Of a stretch of DNA of 64,000 nt, positions 13,462 to 24,022 are shown one piece after another. Numbering within the stretch: position 1 is the stretch's first letter; each line of letters opens with the position of its first letter. Location: assembly GCA_963836205.1 (NCBI GenBank), contig CAWIIV010000006.1, positions 256,001 through 320,000 of the forward strand. The letters are read 5' to 3'. The DNA comes from an uncultured Acidimicrobiia bacterium (GTDB lineage Bacteria; Actinomycetota; Acidimicrobiia; Acidimicrobiales; AC-14). The translations under genes and the position numbers were made by a program. Under the pieces are notes generated by a model. The model did not search any database. It saw only the letters and a program-made list of their open reading frames with translations, and was not told the DNA's origin.

Positions 13462-14470
13462 CGCGGGCCAGGTCGCCGGCCATGATCTGCAGGTCGAGCC
13501 CCTCCTGGCGGATGCGGGCGTCGTAGTAGACGAGGGTGGCGATGATGGCCACCAGCGGCGTGCCCACCAGTCCGCTCAGGACGCCGCCGGCGGCCAGCAG
13601 CACCCATCCCCAGCGCAGCCCCACGACCAGGGCCAGCGTCTCGGGAATGACGCTCAGCGCCGACCCCACCGCGCTGGCCAGGAGCCCGGACAGCAGGGCG
13701 ACGCCGAGGACGGGGAACAGGCGGGGCCGCACCAGCCGGAACGACCGCTTCATGGCCCGGATGGGGCCCAGTCCCTCCACCGCGATGGCGGGCGCCACCG
13801 GGACGAAGAGGGCCATCACCACCAGCCCGGGGAAGACGCACAGGACGAGGCCCACCCCCTCCAGCAGGTGGACCAGGATCCAGGCCACGATGAACGCCCA
13901 CCAGCGGGCCCGCACCGCCCGGAGGGCCTGGCCGGCCGTCATCCGCTCCCCCAGGTAGGCGGCGGACACGATTCGGCTCACGGCCCCGGCCACGAACGGC
14001 AGGACCAGGATCGTGGCTGCCAACGCCACCAGCGCGGCCCACCCGGGGGTGCTGCTCGAGTTGAGGGCGTCCTCGGCCGTCGACGGGTCGCTGAACAGGC
14101 TGAGCAGGCCGGTGCCGCCCAGGTAGTCCCGTTGCAGGTAGGCGGCCACGATCTGGACGGGGACGACGAAGGCGGCCGTGACCAGGACGATCGACCGGGC
14201 CTCGGCCTTGAACAGCTTGAACGCCCCGTCGAGGATGTCGGACAGGGTCATCGGGTGCAGCGGAAGCGGCCCGGTGCGGGCACTTCCGCCCTTGGGTTGG
14301 GTCGAGTACCCCCCGTATGCCCCCGGGGGCGGCGGCATCGAGCCGGAGGCGCCCGCCGCCGGGTCCCAACCGGGCCATCCGCCACCGTCAGTGCCGGCAC
14401 CGGCGCCCGCCGCGCCCTCGCCGCCGACGGGCGGTTCCATCGGTGCCCACTCCGGCCGGTCGTCCGCCAC
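13445..14470 (-). CDS. Membrane protein (Rv3689-like, GDPD membrane-domain-like)
   Basis: PLHPMTLSDILDGAF, multiple TMs, YYDARIRQEGLDL; first gene of the moxR operon. Confidence 0.75.
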   Translation of the reverse strand: MADDRPEWAPMEPPVGGEGAAGAGAGTDGGGWPGWDPAAGASGSMPPPPGAYGGYSTQPKGGSARTGPLPLHPMTLSDILDGAFKLFKAEARSIVLVTAAFVVPVQIVAAYLQRDYLGGTGLLSLFSDPSTAEDALNSSSTPGWAALVALAATILVLPFVAGAVSRIVSAAYLGERMTAGQALRAVRARWWAFIVAWILVHLLEGVGLVLCVFPGLVVMALFVPVAPAIAVEGLGPIRAMKRSFRLVRPRLFPVLGVALLSGLLASAVGSALSVIPETLALVVGLRWGWVLLAAGGVLSGLVGTPLVAIIATLVYYDARIRQEGLDLQIMAGDLARGESSR

Positions 14471-14496
14471 GGCGGTCAGGCTATGTGACAGGACCC

Positions 14497-14524
14497 GTCA
14501 TACGACATAGCATCGGTGTATGAC
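14497..14524. promoter_or_regulatory. Putative toxin-antitoxin autoregulatory operator and -10 element
   Basis: Inverted repeat GTCATAC(N14)GTATGAC flanks TAGCAT and overlaps the antitoxin ATG. Confidence 0.55.
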
Positions 14525-14771
14525 AATGCTGAGCTTCCGAGTCGACGCCGAAGCGGCGGCGCAGGTCCAGGTATGGGCGGATCGCCTGGGCGTCGACCGG
14601 TCGGAGCTGCTGCGCGACGCCCTCCGGCGCCACATCCTTCGCCTGGCCGGCGAGACCGATGCCCAGACCTGGCACGACCTCCCCCTCGACGAGGGCGAGC
14701 GGTCGCTGGCGGAGATCGCGGACTGGGGGCCGGCCGAGGACTGGTCCGACTGGGCCGATGCCGCGGGGTGA
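14520..14771 (+). CDS. RHH antitoxin (MazE-like)
   Basis: MLSFRVD...LGVDRSELLRDALRR; acidic tail; overlaps the toxin gene. Confidence 0.85.
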   Translation: MTMLSFRVDAEAAAQVQVWADRLGVDRSELLRDALRRHILRLAGETDAQTWHDLPLDEGERSLAEIADWGPAEDWSDWADAAG

Positions 14772-15066
14772 CGTGTGGTTCGCGGCCGCGCCCGGCGGCG
14801 ACCGCCCCGTCCTGGTCCTCACCCGCGACCCGGTCGCCGACCGGATCGGCTCGGTCGTCGTGGCCGCCCTCACCCGCACGCACCGGGGCCTCGTCTCCGA
14901 GATCGAACTGACCAAGGCCGCCGACGGCGTCCCCACCGACTGTGTCGTCAACTTCGACAACGTCCACACGATCCCGAGGGAGACCCTCCGCCGAAGAGTG
15001 ACCACGCTGTCGCCCGCACGCATGGCCCAGGCCTGCCGCGCTCTGGCCGCCGCCACCGGCTGCTGA
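14758..15066 (+). CDS. mazF: MazF/PemK family toxin
   Basis: RGDVW, RPVLVLTRD, VNFDNVHTI motifs. Confidence 0.9.
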   Translation: MPRGDVWFAAAPGGDRPVLVLTRDPVADRIGSVVVAALTRTHRGLVSEIELTKAADGVPTDCVVNFDNVHTIPRETLRRRVTTLSPARMAQACRALAAATGC

Positions 15067-15076
15067 GCCGAGCCGC

Positions 15077-17350
15077 CTACTGCTCGGCCGGCACCAGCCA
15101 GAGGACGGTCAGCGCGGGCAGGTCGACCGCCACCGAATGGTCGAGGCCGTGCCACGGGATGGCATCCGCATGGGCGTGCTCCCGGTGGCGCGGGCCCCAG
15201 CCGGTGAACTCGGGAGACTGGGTGTCGAGGACCGTCCGCCACCAGCCGTCCCGGGGGACACCGATGCGGTAGCCGGGCCGGTCGGAGCCGGACATGTTGG
15301 CCACGCACACCAACGTCCGCGACCCGTCGGCCGAGAAGCGGGCGAAGGAGATCACGTTGTGGTCGGTGTCGTTGGCGTCGATCCACCCGAACCCGGATGG
15401 GTCGAAGTCGCGCTCGAAAAGCGCCGGCTCGTTCTGGTAGATGGCGTTCATGCGGCGGACGAGGTGGTGGACGCCGGCGTGCTCGGGCCACTGGAGGAGG
15501 TCCCACTCGATGCTGCCCTCGTGCGACCATTCCCGACCCTGGGCGAGCTCGCAGCCCTGGAACAGCAGCTGCTTGCCCGGGTGGGCCCACATCCAGGCGT
15601 AGAGCGCCCGCAGGTTGCCGAAGCGCTCCAGGCCCTCGCCCGGCATCTTGCCCAACAGCGACCCTTTGCCGTGCACCACCTCGTCGTGCGACAGGGGGAG
15701 CACGAAGTTCTCGCTGAACGCGTACAGGAGCCCGAACGTGAGGTGATGGTGGTGATAGCTCCGGTAGACAGGCGGCTTGGAGAAGTACTCGAGGGTGTCG
15801 TGCATCCAGCCCATGTTCCACTTGAAGCCGAAGCCGAGGCCGCCCAGGTACGTCGGCCGCGACACCGCCGGCCAGGCGGTGGACTCCTCGGCCATGGTGA
15901 TGGCGCCCGGGTGGTGGCCGTAGACCAGCTCGTTCATCCGGCGCAGGAAGTCGACCGCCTCCAGGTTCTCCCGCCCGCCGAACCTGTTGGGCAGCCACTC
16001 CCCTTCCTTCCGGGAGTAGTCGAGGTAGAGCATCGACGCCACCGCGTCGACCCGAAGCCCGTCGATGTGGAACTCCTCCATCCAGAACAGGGCGTTGGCC
16101 AGCAGGAAGTTCGACACCTCGTGGCGGCCGAAGTTGAAGACGAGCGTCCCCCAGTCGGGGTGCTCGCCCTGGCGGGGGTCGGCGTGCTCGTAGAGGGCGG
16201 TGCCGTCGAAACGGGCCAGGGCGAAGGCGTCCTTGGGGAAGTGGGCCGGCACCCAGTCGACGATCACGCCGATGTTGCGGGCATGCAACGCGTCAACCAA
16301 GAAGCGGAAGTCGTCGGGCGACCCGAACCGGGCCGTCGGCGCGTAGTAGCACGACACCTGGTAGCCCCACGATCCGGAGAAGGGGTGCTCGGCCACCGGC
16401 ATCATCTCCACGTGGGTGAAGCCCATGTCGACCAGGTAGTCAGGCAGCCACTCGGCCATCTCCCGGTAGGTGAGGGGCCGGTCGCCCTCCTCCGGCACCC
16501 GCCGCCACGAGGCCAGGTGCATCTCGTACACCGACATGGGGCTGGTCATGGCGTCGGTCGCGGCCCGGCGCTCCATCCACTCCTGGTCGGCCCACGAGTG
16601 GGTGCCCTCGGTGCCGATGATGGCGGCCGTGCTCGGTGGCACCTCGGTAGCAAAGGCGAAGGGGTCGGTCTTGAGGATGAGCGAGCCGTCGGCCGCCACC
16701 AGCTCGAACTTGTAGCGGTGGCCGGGCTCGGTCCCGGGGAGGAACAGCTCCCACACCCCCGAGGACCCGAGCATCCGCATGGGGTGCATGCGGCCGTCCC
16801 AGCCGTTGAAGTCGCCCACCACCCGCACCGACCGGGCCGACGGGGCCCACACCGCGAACGACACGCCCGTAACGCCCTGGTGCTCCCGGAGGTGGGCGCC
16901 CATCACCCGCCACAGGGTCTCGTGGCGACCCTCGCCGTAGAGATAGAGGTCGAGGTCGCCCAGCGTCGGCCAGAACCGGTACGGATCCTCGACGGTGAAC
17001 GTGCCTGCCTCGTAGGTGACGTCGAGCTGGTAGCCGTCGGCGGGCGCGGGGGTGGGCACGGCGGCCTCGAACAGGCCCGCGGGGTGGACGCGGTCGGCCG
17101 TCACCCGGGTGCCGTCGGGCAGGACGACCGCGACCGCCTTGGCGTCCGGTCGCCACGCCCGGACCAGGTTGCCGTGAAGGCCGAGGACCAGGTGGGGGTT
17201 GGTGTGGCGCCCGTTGACGACGGCCTGTATCTCGCCGGCCACGTGGTCGGCCATCGGGTCGGCGGGAACGGCGCGCACCTCCGGGGGGACGGCCAGCACC
17301 GCCGGAGCGACCGGCTTCGGGTTCGAGTTCGACGTGCGGCGCTCGCTCAT
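15077..17350 (-). CDS. glgB: 1,4-alpha-glucan branching enzyme
   Basis: FAVWAP, WGYQ, DWVPAHF, DGLRVDAVASM, AEEST, LSHDEVVHGK. Confidence 0.97.
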   Translation of the reverse strand: MSERRTSNSNPKPVAPAVLAVPPEVRAVPADPMADHVAGEIQAVVNGRHTNPHLVLGLHGNLVRAWRPDAKAVAVVLPDGTRVTADRVHPAGLFEAAVPTPAPADGYQLDVTYEAGTFTVEDPYRFWPTLGDLDLYLYGEGRHETLWRVMGAHLREHQGVTGVSFAVWAPSARSVRVVGDFNGWDGRMHPMRMLGSSGVWELFLPGTEPGHRYKFELVAADGSLILKTDPFAFATEVPPSTAAIIGTEGTHSWADQEWMERRAATDAMTSPMSVYEMHLASWRRVPEEGDRPLTYREMAEWLPDYLVDMGFTHVEMMPVAEHPFSGSWGYQVSCYYAPTARFGSPDDFRFLVDALHARNIGVIVDWVPAHFPKDAFALARFDGTALYEHADPRQGEHPDWGTLVFNFGRHEVSNFLLANALFWMEEFHIDGLRVDAVASMLYLDYSRKEGEWLPNRFGGRENLEAVDFLRRMNELVYGHHPGAITMAEESTAWPAVSRPTYLGGLGFGFKWNMGWMHDTLEYFSKPPVYRSYHHHHLTFGLLYAFSENFVLPLSHDEVVHGKGSLLGKMPGEGLERFGNLRALYAWMWAHPGKQLLFQGCELAQGREWSHEGSIEWDLLQWPEHAGVHHLVRRMNAIYQNEPALFERDFDPSGFGWIDANDTDHNVISFARFSADGSRTLVCVANMSGSDRPGYRIGVPRDGWWRTVLDTQSPEFTGWGPRHREHAHADAIPWHGLDHSVAVDLPALTVLWLVPAEQ

Positions 17351-18696
17351 CGCCGTCCCACCCCCAGTCGGCGCAGGGCGGCGACGGGGATGTGCTCCCA
17401 CTCCGGACGATGGGACCGTTCGTAGGCCAACTCGTACACTGCTTTCTCCAATTCAAAGGCCGCCAGCACGGCGTCGACCGACGACTGGTCGGCGGGCAGG
17501 ATCCCGGCCTTGGCCGCCGCGGGCAGGTAGCCGTCGAGGAACGCCTGGCGGTTGCGGGCCTCCCACGCCTCCGCCGACTCGTCGAACTCGTTGCCGTCAC
17601 GTTCGGCCCGGGCCACCGACGACGCGTAGTGGAGCGACCGCAGCATCCCGGCCACGTCGCGCAGGGGCGACGTCCGCCGTCGGCGCTCCTCCAGCGGCCG
17701 GTCGGGCTCGCCCTCGAAGTCGAGGATGTACCAGCCGGCGTCGGTGCGCATGACCTGGCCCAGGTGATAGTCGCCGTGGGCCCGGATGGCGGGTCCGGCG
17801 TCGGCCAGGCGCAGCTCCTCGAGGACGGCGAGGGCGGGCACCACGTCGCCCAGCGCCCGCCGGGCCTGGGCCTCGATGTCGTCGGCCCACTCCTCGGTGT
17901 CGCCGGACGCCCGTCCGAACGCCTCCGCCATGGCCACGTGCATGGCTGCGGTGGTCTCCCCCAACCGGCCCGCCTCCGCCGAGAAGTCGCCGCCCGCCTC
18001 GGCCGGGTCGGTCGCCGGCGGAGGCATGGACAGGTCGAGGACGGGCATCGACTGGGTGTCGTGCACGCCGAACAGGTCGCGCAGGGACGTGAGGGCAAGC
18101 GCCCAACCGTCGACCGCGCCGGCCAGGAAGGGCTGGAGGAAGGCGAGGTCGTAGCCGTGGGCCGTCTCGGTGGCCAGGGGCGCGGCTACCCATGGGAAGC
18201 CCACCCGGCTCAAGGCCGACGTGACCTCGACCTCGGGATTGGGACCGGCGAGCAGCCGCCGGAACACCTTGAGGATGACCCGCTCGTCGTAGACCAGGGA
18301 GGTGTTCGACTGCTCGACGCCGATCGGTCGCACCCGCTCGGCCGACTCGTCGCCGCCCGTGACGTGCCAGTAGAGGTGGAGACCGAGGTCGGGGTCGAGG
18401 GCGGCGTCGTAGACGGTGGCCGTCTCGCCGTCGACGTCGACCACGCCCACCAAGGCGTCCTCGTGGCCCCGCAGGAAGTCGAGCTGCTCGGCTACCGGGC
18501 GCAGGCCGACGAGCACCTGGTAGCAGCTCCCGTCGGCCGCCACCAGCAGCCGCACCAAGAGCGGCCAGCCGTCGCGCAGCACCTCCGAGTCGGTGACGGT
18601 CAGCGAGGCCGGCTCCGCCGTGCCCGCGTACCACCGCTGCCTGGGCAGGTGGGCCCGCAGCAGGTCCAAGGGGATCGAGGGCAGGGGGCGACTCAT
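17347..18696 (-). CDS. mak: Maltokinase
   Basis: QRWY, EQSNTS, HGDYHLGQ, DFEGEP, RDVAGMLRS, KAVYE. Confidence 0.9.
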   Translation of the reverse strand: MSRPLPSIPLDLLRAHLPRQRWYAGTAEPASLTVTDSEVLRDGWPLLVRLLVAADGSCYQVLVGLRPVAEQLDFLRGHEDALVGVVDVDGETATVYDAALDPDLGLHLYWHVTGGDESAERVRPIGVEQSNTSLVYDERVILKVFRRLLAGPNPEVEVTSALSRVGFPWVAAPLATETAHGYDLAFLQPFLAGAVDGWALALTSLRDLFGVHDTQSMPVLDLSMPPPATDPAEAGGDFSAEAGRLGETTAAMHVAMAEAFGRASGDTEEWADDIEAQARRALGDVVPALAVLEELRLADAGPAIRAHGDYHLGQVMRTDAGWYILDFEGEPDRPLEERRRRTSPLRDVAGMLRSLHYASSVARAERDGNEFDESAEAWEARNRQAFLDGYLPAAAKAGILPADQSSVDAVLAAFELEKAVYELAYERSHRPEWEHIPVAALRRLGVGRR

Positions 18697-18700
18697 CGGC

Positions 18701-20335
18701 TCATCCGTCGACCAACTGGAACCAGTAGAAGCCGTGGCCACCGAGGGTGAGCAGGTAGGGCAACTCGCCCACCTTGGGGAACGGCACCCGGCCGAACAGC
18801 TCGATCGGGGTCTTGCCCGCGAACCGGCCCAGTTGCAGCTCCACCGGCTGGGCGAAGCGACTGAGGTTGTTGACGCACAGGATGGTCTCGTCCCCCCGAT
18901 GGCGAAGGAAGGCCAGCACCGACGGGTTCTCCGCCGACAGCACCTCGAAGCTGCCCACCCCGAACACGTCGGAGTGCTGCTTCCGCACCCGCAGCGTCCG
19001 CTGGAGCCAGTGCAGGAAGGAGCCGGGGTCGCGCAACCCGGCCTCCACGTTGACCGATTGGTACCCGTAGACCGGGTCCATCAGGGGCGGGAGGTAGAGC
19101 TGGGCGAAGTCGCCCTTGCTGAAGCCGGCGTTGCGGTCGGGCGTCCACTGCATGGGGGTACGTACCCCGTCGCGGTCGCCCAGATAGATGTTGTCGCCCA
19201 TCCCGATCTCGTCGCCGTAGTAGAGGACGGGGCTGCCGGGCAGGCTGAACAGCAGCCCGTGGAGCAGCTCGGACACCCGCCGGTCGTTGTCGACCAGGGT
19301 GGCGAAGCGGCGGCCGATGCCGATGTTGCGCTTCATCCGGGGGTCCTTGGCGTACTCCGCGTACATGTAGTCGCGCTCTTCGTCGGTGACCATCTCGAGG
19401 GTCAGCTCGTCGTGGTTGCGCAGGAAGATCCCCCACTGGGCGCCGTCGGGGATGTCGGGGGTCTGGGCCAGGATCTCGGTGATCGGGTAGCGCTGCTCCC
19501 GGCGCACGGCCATGAACATCCGAGGCATGAGCGGGAAGTGGAAGGCCATGTGGCACTCGTCGCCGCTGCCGAAGTAGTCGACCACGTCGGTCGGCCACTG
19601 GTTGGCCTCGGCCAGCAGGACGGTGTTGGGGTGGGTCGACTCCACCTCCTTGCGCAGGCGCTTGAGGTAGTCGTGGGTCTCGGGCAGGTTCTCGCCGTTG
19701 GTGCCGTCGCGCTCGAAAAGGTAGGGGACGGCGTCGAGGCGGAACCCGTCGAGGCCGAGGTCGAGCCAGAACCGCACGACGTCGAGGATCGCCTGCTGGA
19801 CCTCCTCGTTGTCGAAGTTGAGGTCGGGCTGGTGGCTGAAGAACCGGTGCCAGAAGTACTGCTGGCGGACCGGGTCCCACGACCAGTTCGACCGCTCGGT
19901 GTCGACGAAGATGACGCGGGCATCGGGAAAGCGCTGGTCGTCGTCGTTCCAGACGTACCAGTCGGCCTTGGGGTTGGTGCGGTCCTGGCGGGACTCCTGG
20001 AACCACGGGTGCTGGTCGCTGGTGTGGTTGATGACGAGGTCGGCGATCACCCGCATCCCCCGCCTGTGGGCCTGTTCCACCAGCTCGACCACGTCGGCCA
20101 GGTCGCCGTACTCGGGCAGGACGGTGAAGAAGTCGGAGATGTCGTAGCCGCCATCCCGCAGAGGTGACTGGTAGAAGGGCAGCAGCCAGAGGACGTCGAC
20201 GCCGAGCCACTCGAGGTAGTCGAGCTTCTCGGTGAGGCCCTTGAGGTCGCCGGTGCCGTCGTTGTTGGCGTCGAAGAAGCCCCGGGTGAGGACCTCGTAG
20301 AAGACGGCCTTCTGGTACCACCGCTCGTCACTCAC
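18701..20335 (-). CDS. treS: Trehalose synthase (maltose alpha-D-glucosyltransferase)
   Basis: AVFYE, RDGGYD, HQPDLN, GFRLDAVPYL, FLRNHDELTLEMV. Confidence 0.96.
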   Translation of the reverse strand: MSDERWYQKAVFYEVLTRGFFDANNDGTGDLKGLTEKLDYLEWLGVDVLWLLPFYQSPLRDGGYDISDFFTVLPEYGDLADVVELVEQAHRRGMRVIADLVINHTSDQHPWFQESRQDRTNPKADWYVWNDDDQRFPDARVIFVDTERSNWSWDPVRQQYFWHRFFSHQPDLNFDNEEVQQAILDVVRFWLDLGLDGFRLDAVPYLFERDGTNGENLPETHDYLKRLRKEVESTHPNTVLLAEANQWPTDVVDYFGSGDECHMAFHFPLMPRMFMAVRREQRYPITEILAQTPDIPDGAQWGIFLRNHDELTLEMVTDEERDYMYAEYAKDPRMKRNIGIGRRFATLVDNDRRVSELLHGLLFSLPGSPVLYYGDEIGMGDNIYLGDRDGVRTPMQWTPDRNAGFSKGDFAQLYLPPLMDPVYGYQSVNVEAGLRDPGSFLHWLQRTLRVRKQHSDVFGVGSFEVLSAENPSVLAFLRHRGDETILCVNNLSRFAQPVELQLGRFAGKTPIELFGRVPFPKVGELPYLLTLGGHGFYWFQLVDG

Positions 20336-20390
20336 CGGATCACAGGGCTCACGGGATCACAGGGCTCACGGGATCACAGGGCTCACCCGC

Positions 20391-20400
<10 letters not shown>
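20331..20400. repeat. 17-bp tandem repeat, three copies plus partial units
   Basis: CTCAC(C/G)GGATCACAGGG at 20331, 20348 and 20365, then CTCACCCG CTCACGGGA. Confidence 0.9.
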
Positions 20401-22325
<1,925 letters not shown>

Positions 22326-22380
22326 CCCACTGGTGTACCACCGCCGGCCGGACCCCAACCCCGCCGTCGGTCGGGCGCCG

Positions 22381-22435
22381 CCGTTCATGGGTCGGAAAAC
22401 GTGCGCCTGCCGCCCCTTTTCATGCCCAAGACCGT
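22381..22435. repeat. 55-bp imperfect palindrome, type B copy 2
   Basis: CCGTTCATGGGTC GGAAAA CGTGCG CCTGC CGCCCC TTTTCA TGCCCAAGACCGT. Confidence 0.75.
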
Positions 22436-22451
22436 TTTCGACGCGGCGGGG

Positions 22452-23365
22452 CTACTGAAACACGACCGCCTGGATCTGCTGCACCGGGAAGTCGTCGATG
22501 CGCCCGACGGTGCGCAACTCGCCGAGCGTGCCCGACCGGTCGCCGAAGCTCCACGTCGCCGTCCACCGCTCGGTGACGACCACGTCGTACGAGCCGGCGT
22601 GGATGTACTCATGCTTGATGTCGCCGTCCGGCCACGGCTCACCCTCGGAGGAGTGAGGCCCGGTCCGCGTGCCGTCGCCCCAATCGACGTAATACCTTCC
22701 GGTGGCCGTGATGATCAGCGGCCCAAAGGGAGTGTCGGGCTCAGTGTAGGCATACGTGGTTGTTCCTCGAGTCTCGAGGTATGCGTACATTCCGGTGATC
22801 GCCCGTCCCGGGCCGATATACGGGGTGGGCTCAGGAAGGGGGATCTCGTTCCAGTAGCGGATCGCATAACTGGCCGGTGTTTCGGGCGCCGACTCGTTTC
22901 CGGGCTGCACCGGGCACGCTGGATACGTTTGGCTAATATCACGGAAGTCCCTGTCAGGGATGGTTAGAACGGCGGGGTCGACACCCTCGGGAACCTCCCG
23001 ATAGCCGGTAGTCGTGCAGGCCTCGCCATTCGGGCCCCCGCCGTCGACGATCTTCTCGTAGGCCGCGTATCTCTTGCCCGATCCTGGCGTAGCGGGTGAG
23101 TTCTCCGGATCCCGGATCTCGTCGGGCTCTGGAGGGGGGAACAGCTTCACTCATCGTCCCCACAGGCAAGTCCAGCCCTACTGGCGGCGAAGGTGCAACC
23201 GCCAAGAATGGGTGGGACGGAGAGATCCGTGGGCAGTGCGGTTGTCGGTGTCGTATCGGTCGCCTGAATCACGCTTGCGATCATCCGTTGCGCTTGACCA
23301 TGCGATGGCTGGCCCGCGATCGATATGAACGTGAGGAAACAGAGACCCGTCAGAGATCTGCGCAT
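22452..23365 (-). CDS. Secreted protein with a PKD-like C-terminus; probable frameshift at about 23150
   Basis: Signal-peptide ORF 23147-23365 joins ORF 22452-23150 if one G is restored; YYVDWGDG...HEY...GSYDVVVTERWTATW. Confidence 0.65.
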
Positions 23366-23973
23366 GGGTCCTCCGGGGCTGTGCCATCACGCTCGAGCCC
23401 GTCGTAGATATAGACCCAATTCGTCGAGTTGTAGACGCTTCGGACCACATATTTGTCGGAAGGCACAAGAACCACCCATAGAGTCGTCGGTTCCGATGCT
23501 GTGAGTGAAGCGCCTGAGTAGTCGCGCAGAACCTCTGCAAAAATGCAGTCGGGACTGGCGACTATTAGCCTCGAGATGACGGTCTCATGGTCTGATGGTG
23601 ACGGTCGGTAGTTCGCAAATCCGTCGGCTGCGTCAGCGGAGAACAGACTGAGCTGATTCTGACGGGGGCTACCGATGTAGAGCGCCCTCAGCCGTTCGAG
23701 AGCCTCCGGCGGAATCGTCTTTGTGCTCACAACCAGGCGGAGCATCTCGCCTGCCGCGTGGTCCAGCCCCGCGAGCACGCGGTTCACGTAGGCCTCGTCG
23801 ATCACTTGGGGGACGGCGTAGGGGTTGGTCGTGGTGGTCCCGATCGGGACGGTGGCGGTGGGGCCGAGGGGTTCGGACTTCCCGCCGCACGCCGCGAGGG
23901 CGGTGGCCATGGCCACGGCGACGACCGCCAGTGAACGTCGTGTTCGCTCACCCACCAACGGAATACATATCAT
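23350..23973 (-). CDS. Hypothetical lipoprotein
   Basis: Lipobox ALAAC, Thr-rich linker; true start probably the GTG just downstream of TATGAT. Confidence 0.75.
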   Translation of the reverse strand: MICIPLVGERTRRSLAVVAVAMATALAACGGKSEPLGPTATVPIGTTTTNPYAVPQVIDEAYVNRVLAGLDHAAGEMLRLVVSTKTIPPEALERLRALYIGSPRQNQLSLFSADAADGFANYRPSPSDHETVISRLIVASPDCIFAEVLRDYSGASLTASEPTTLWVVLVPSDKYVVRSVYNSTNWVYIYDGLERDGTAPEDPCADL

Positions 23974-24022
23974 AGCTTTTCACACGGGAGCAAGAGGCAA
24001 CCTGCGGTAGCGTGACGGGCCT

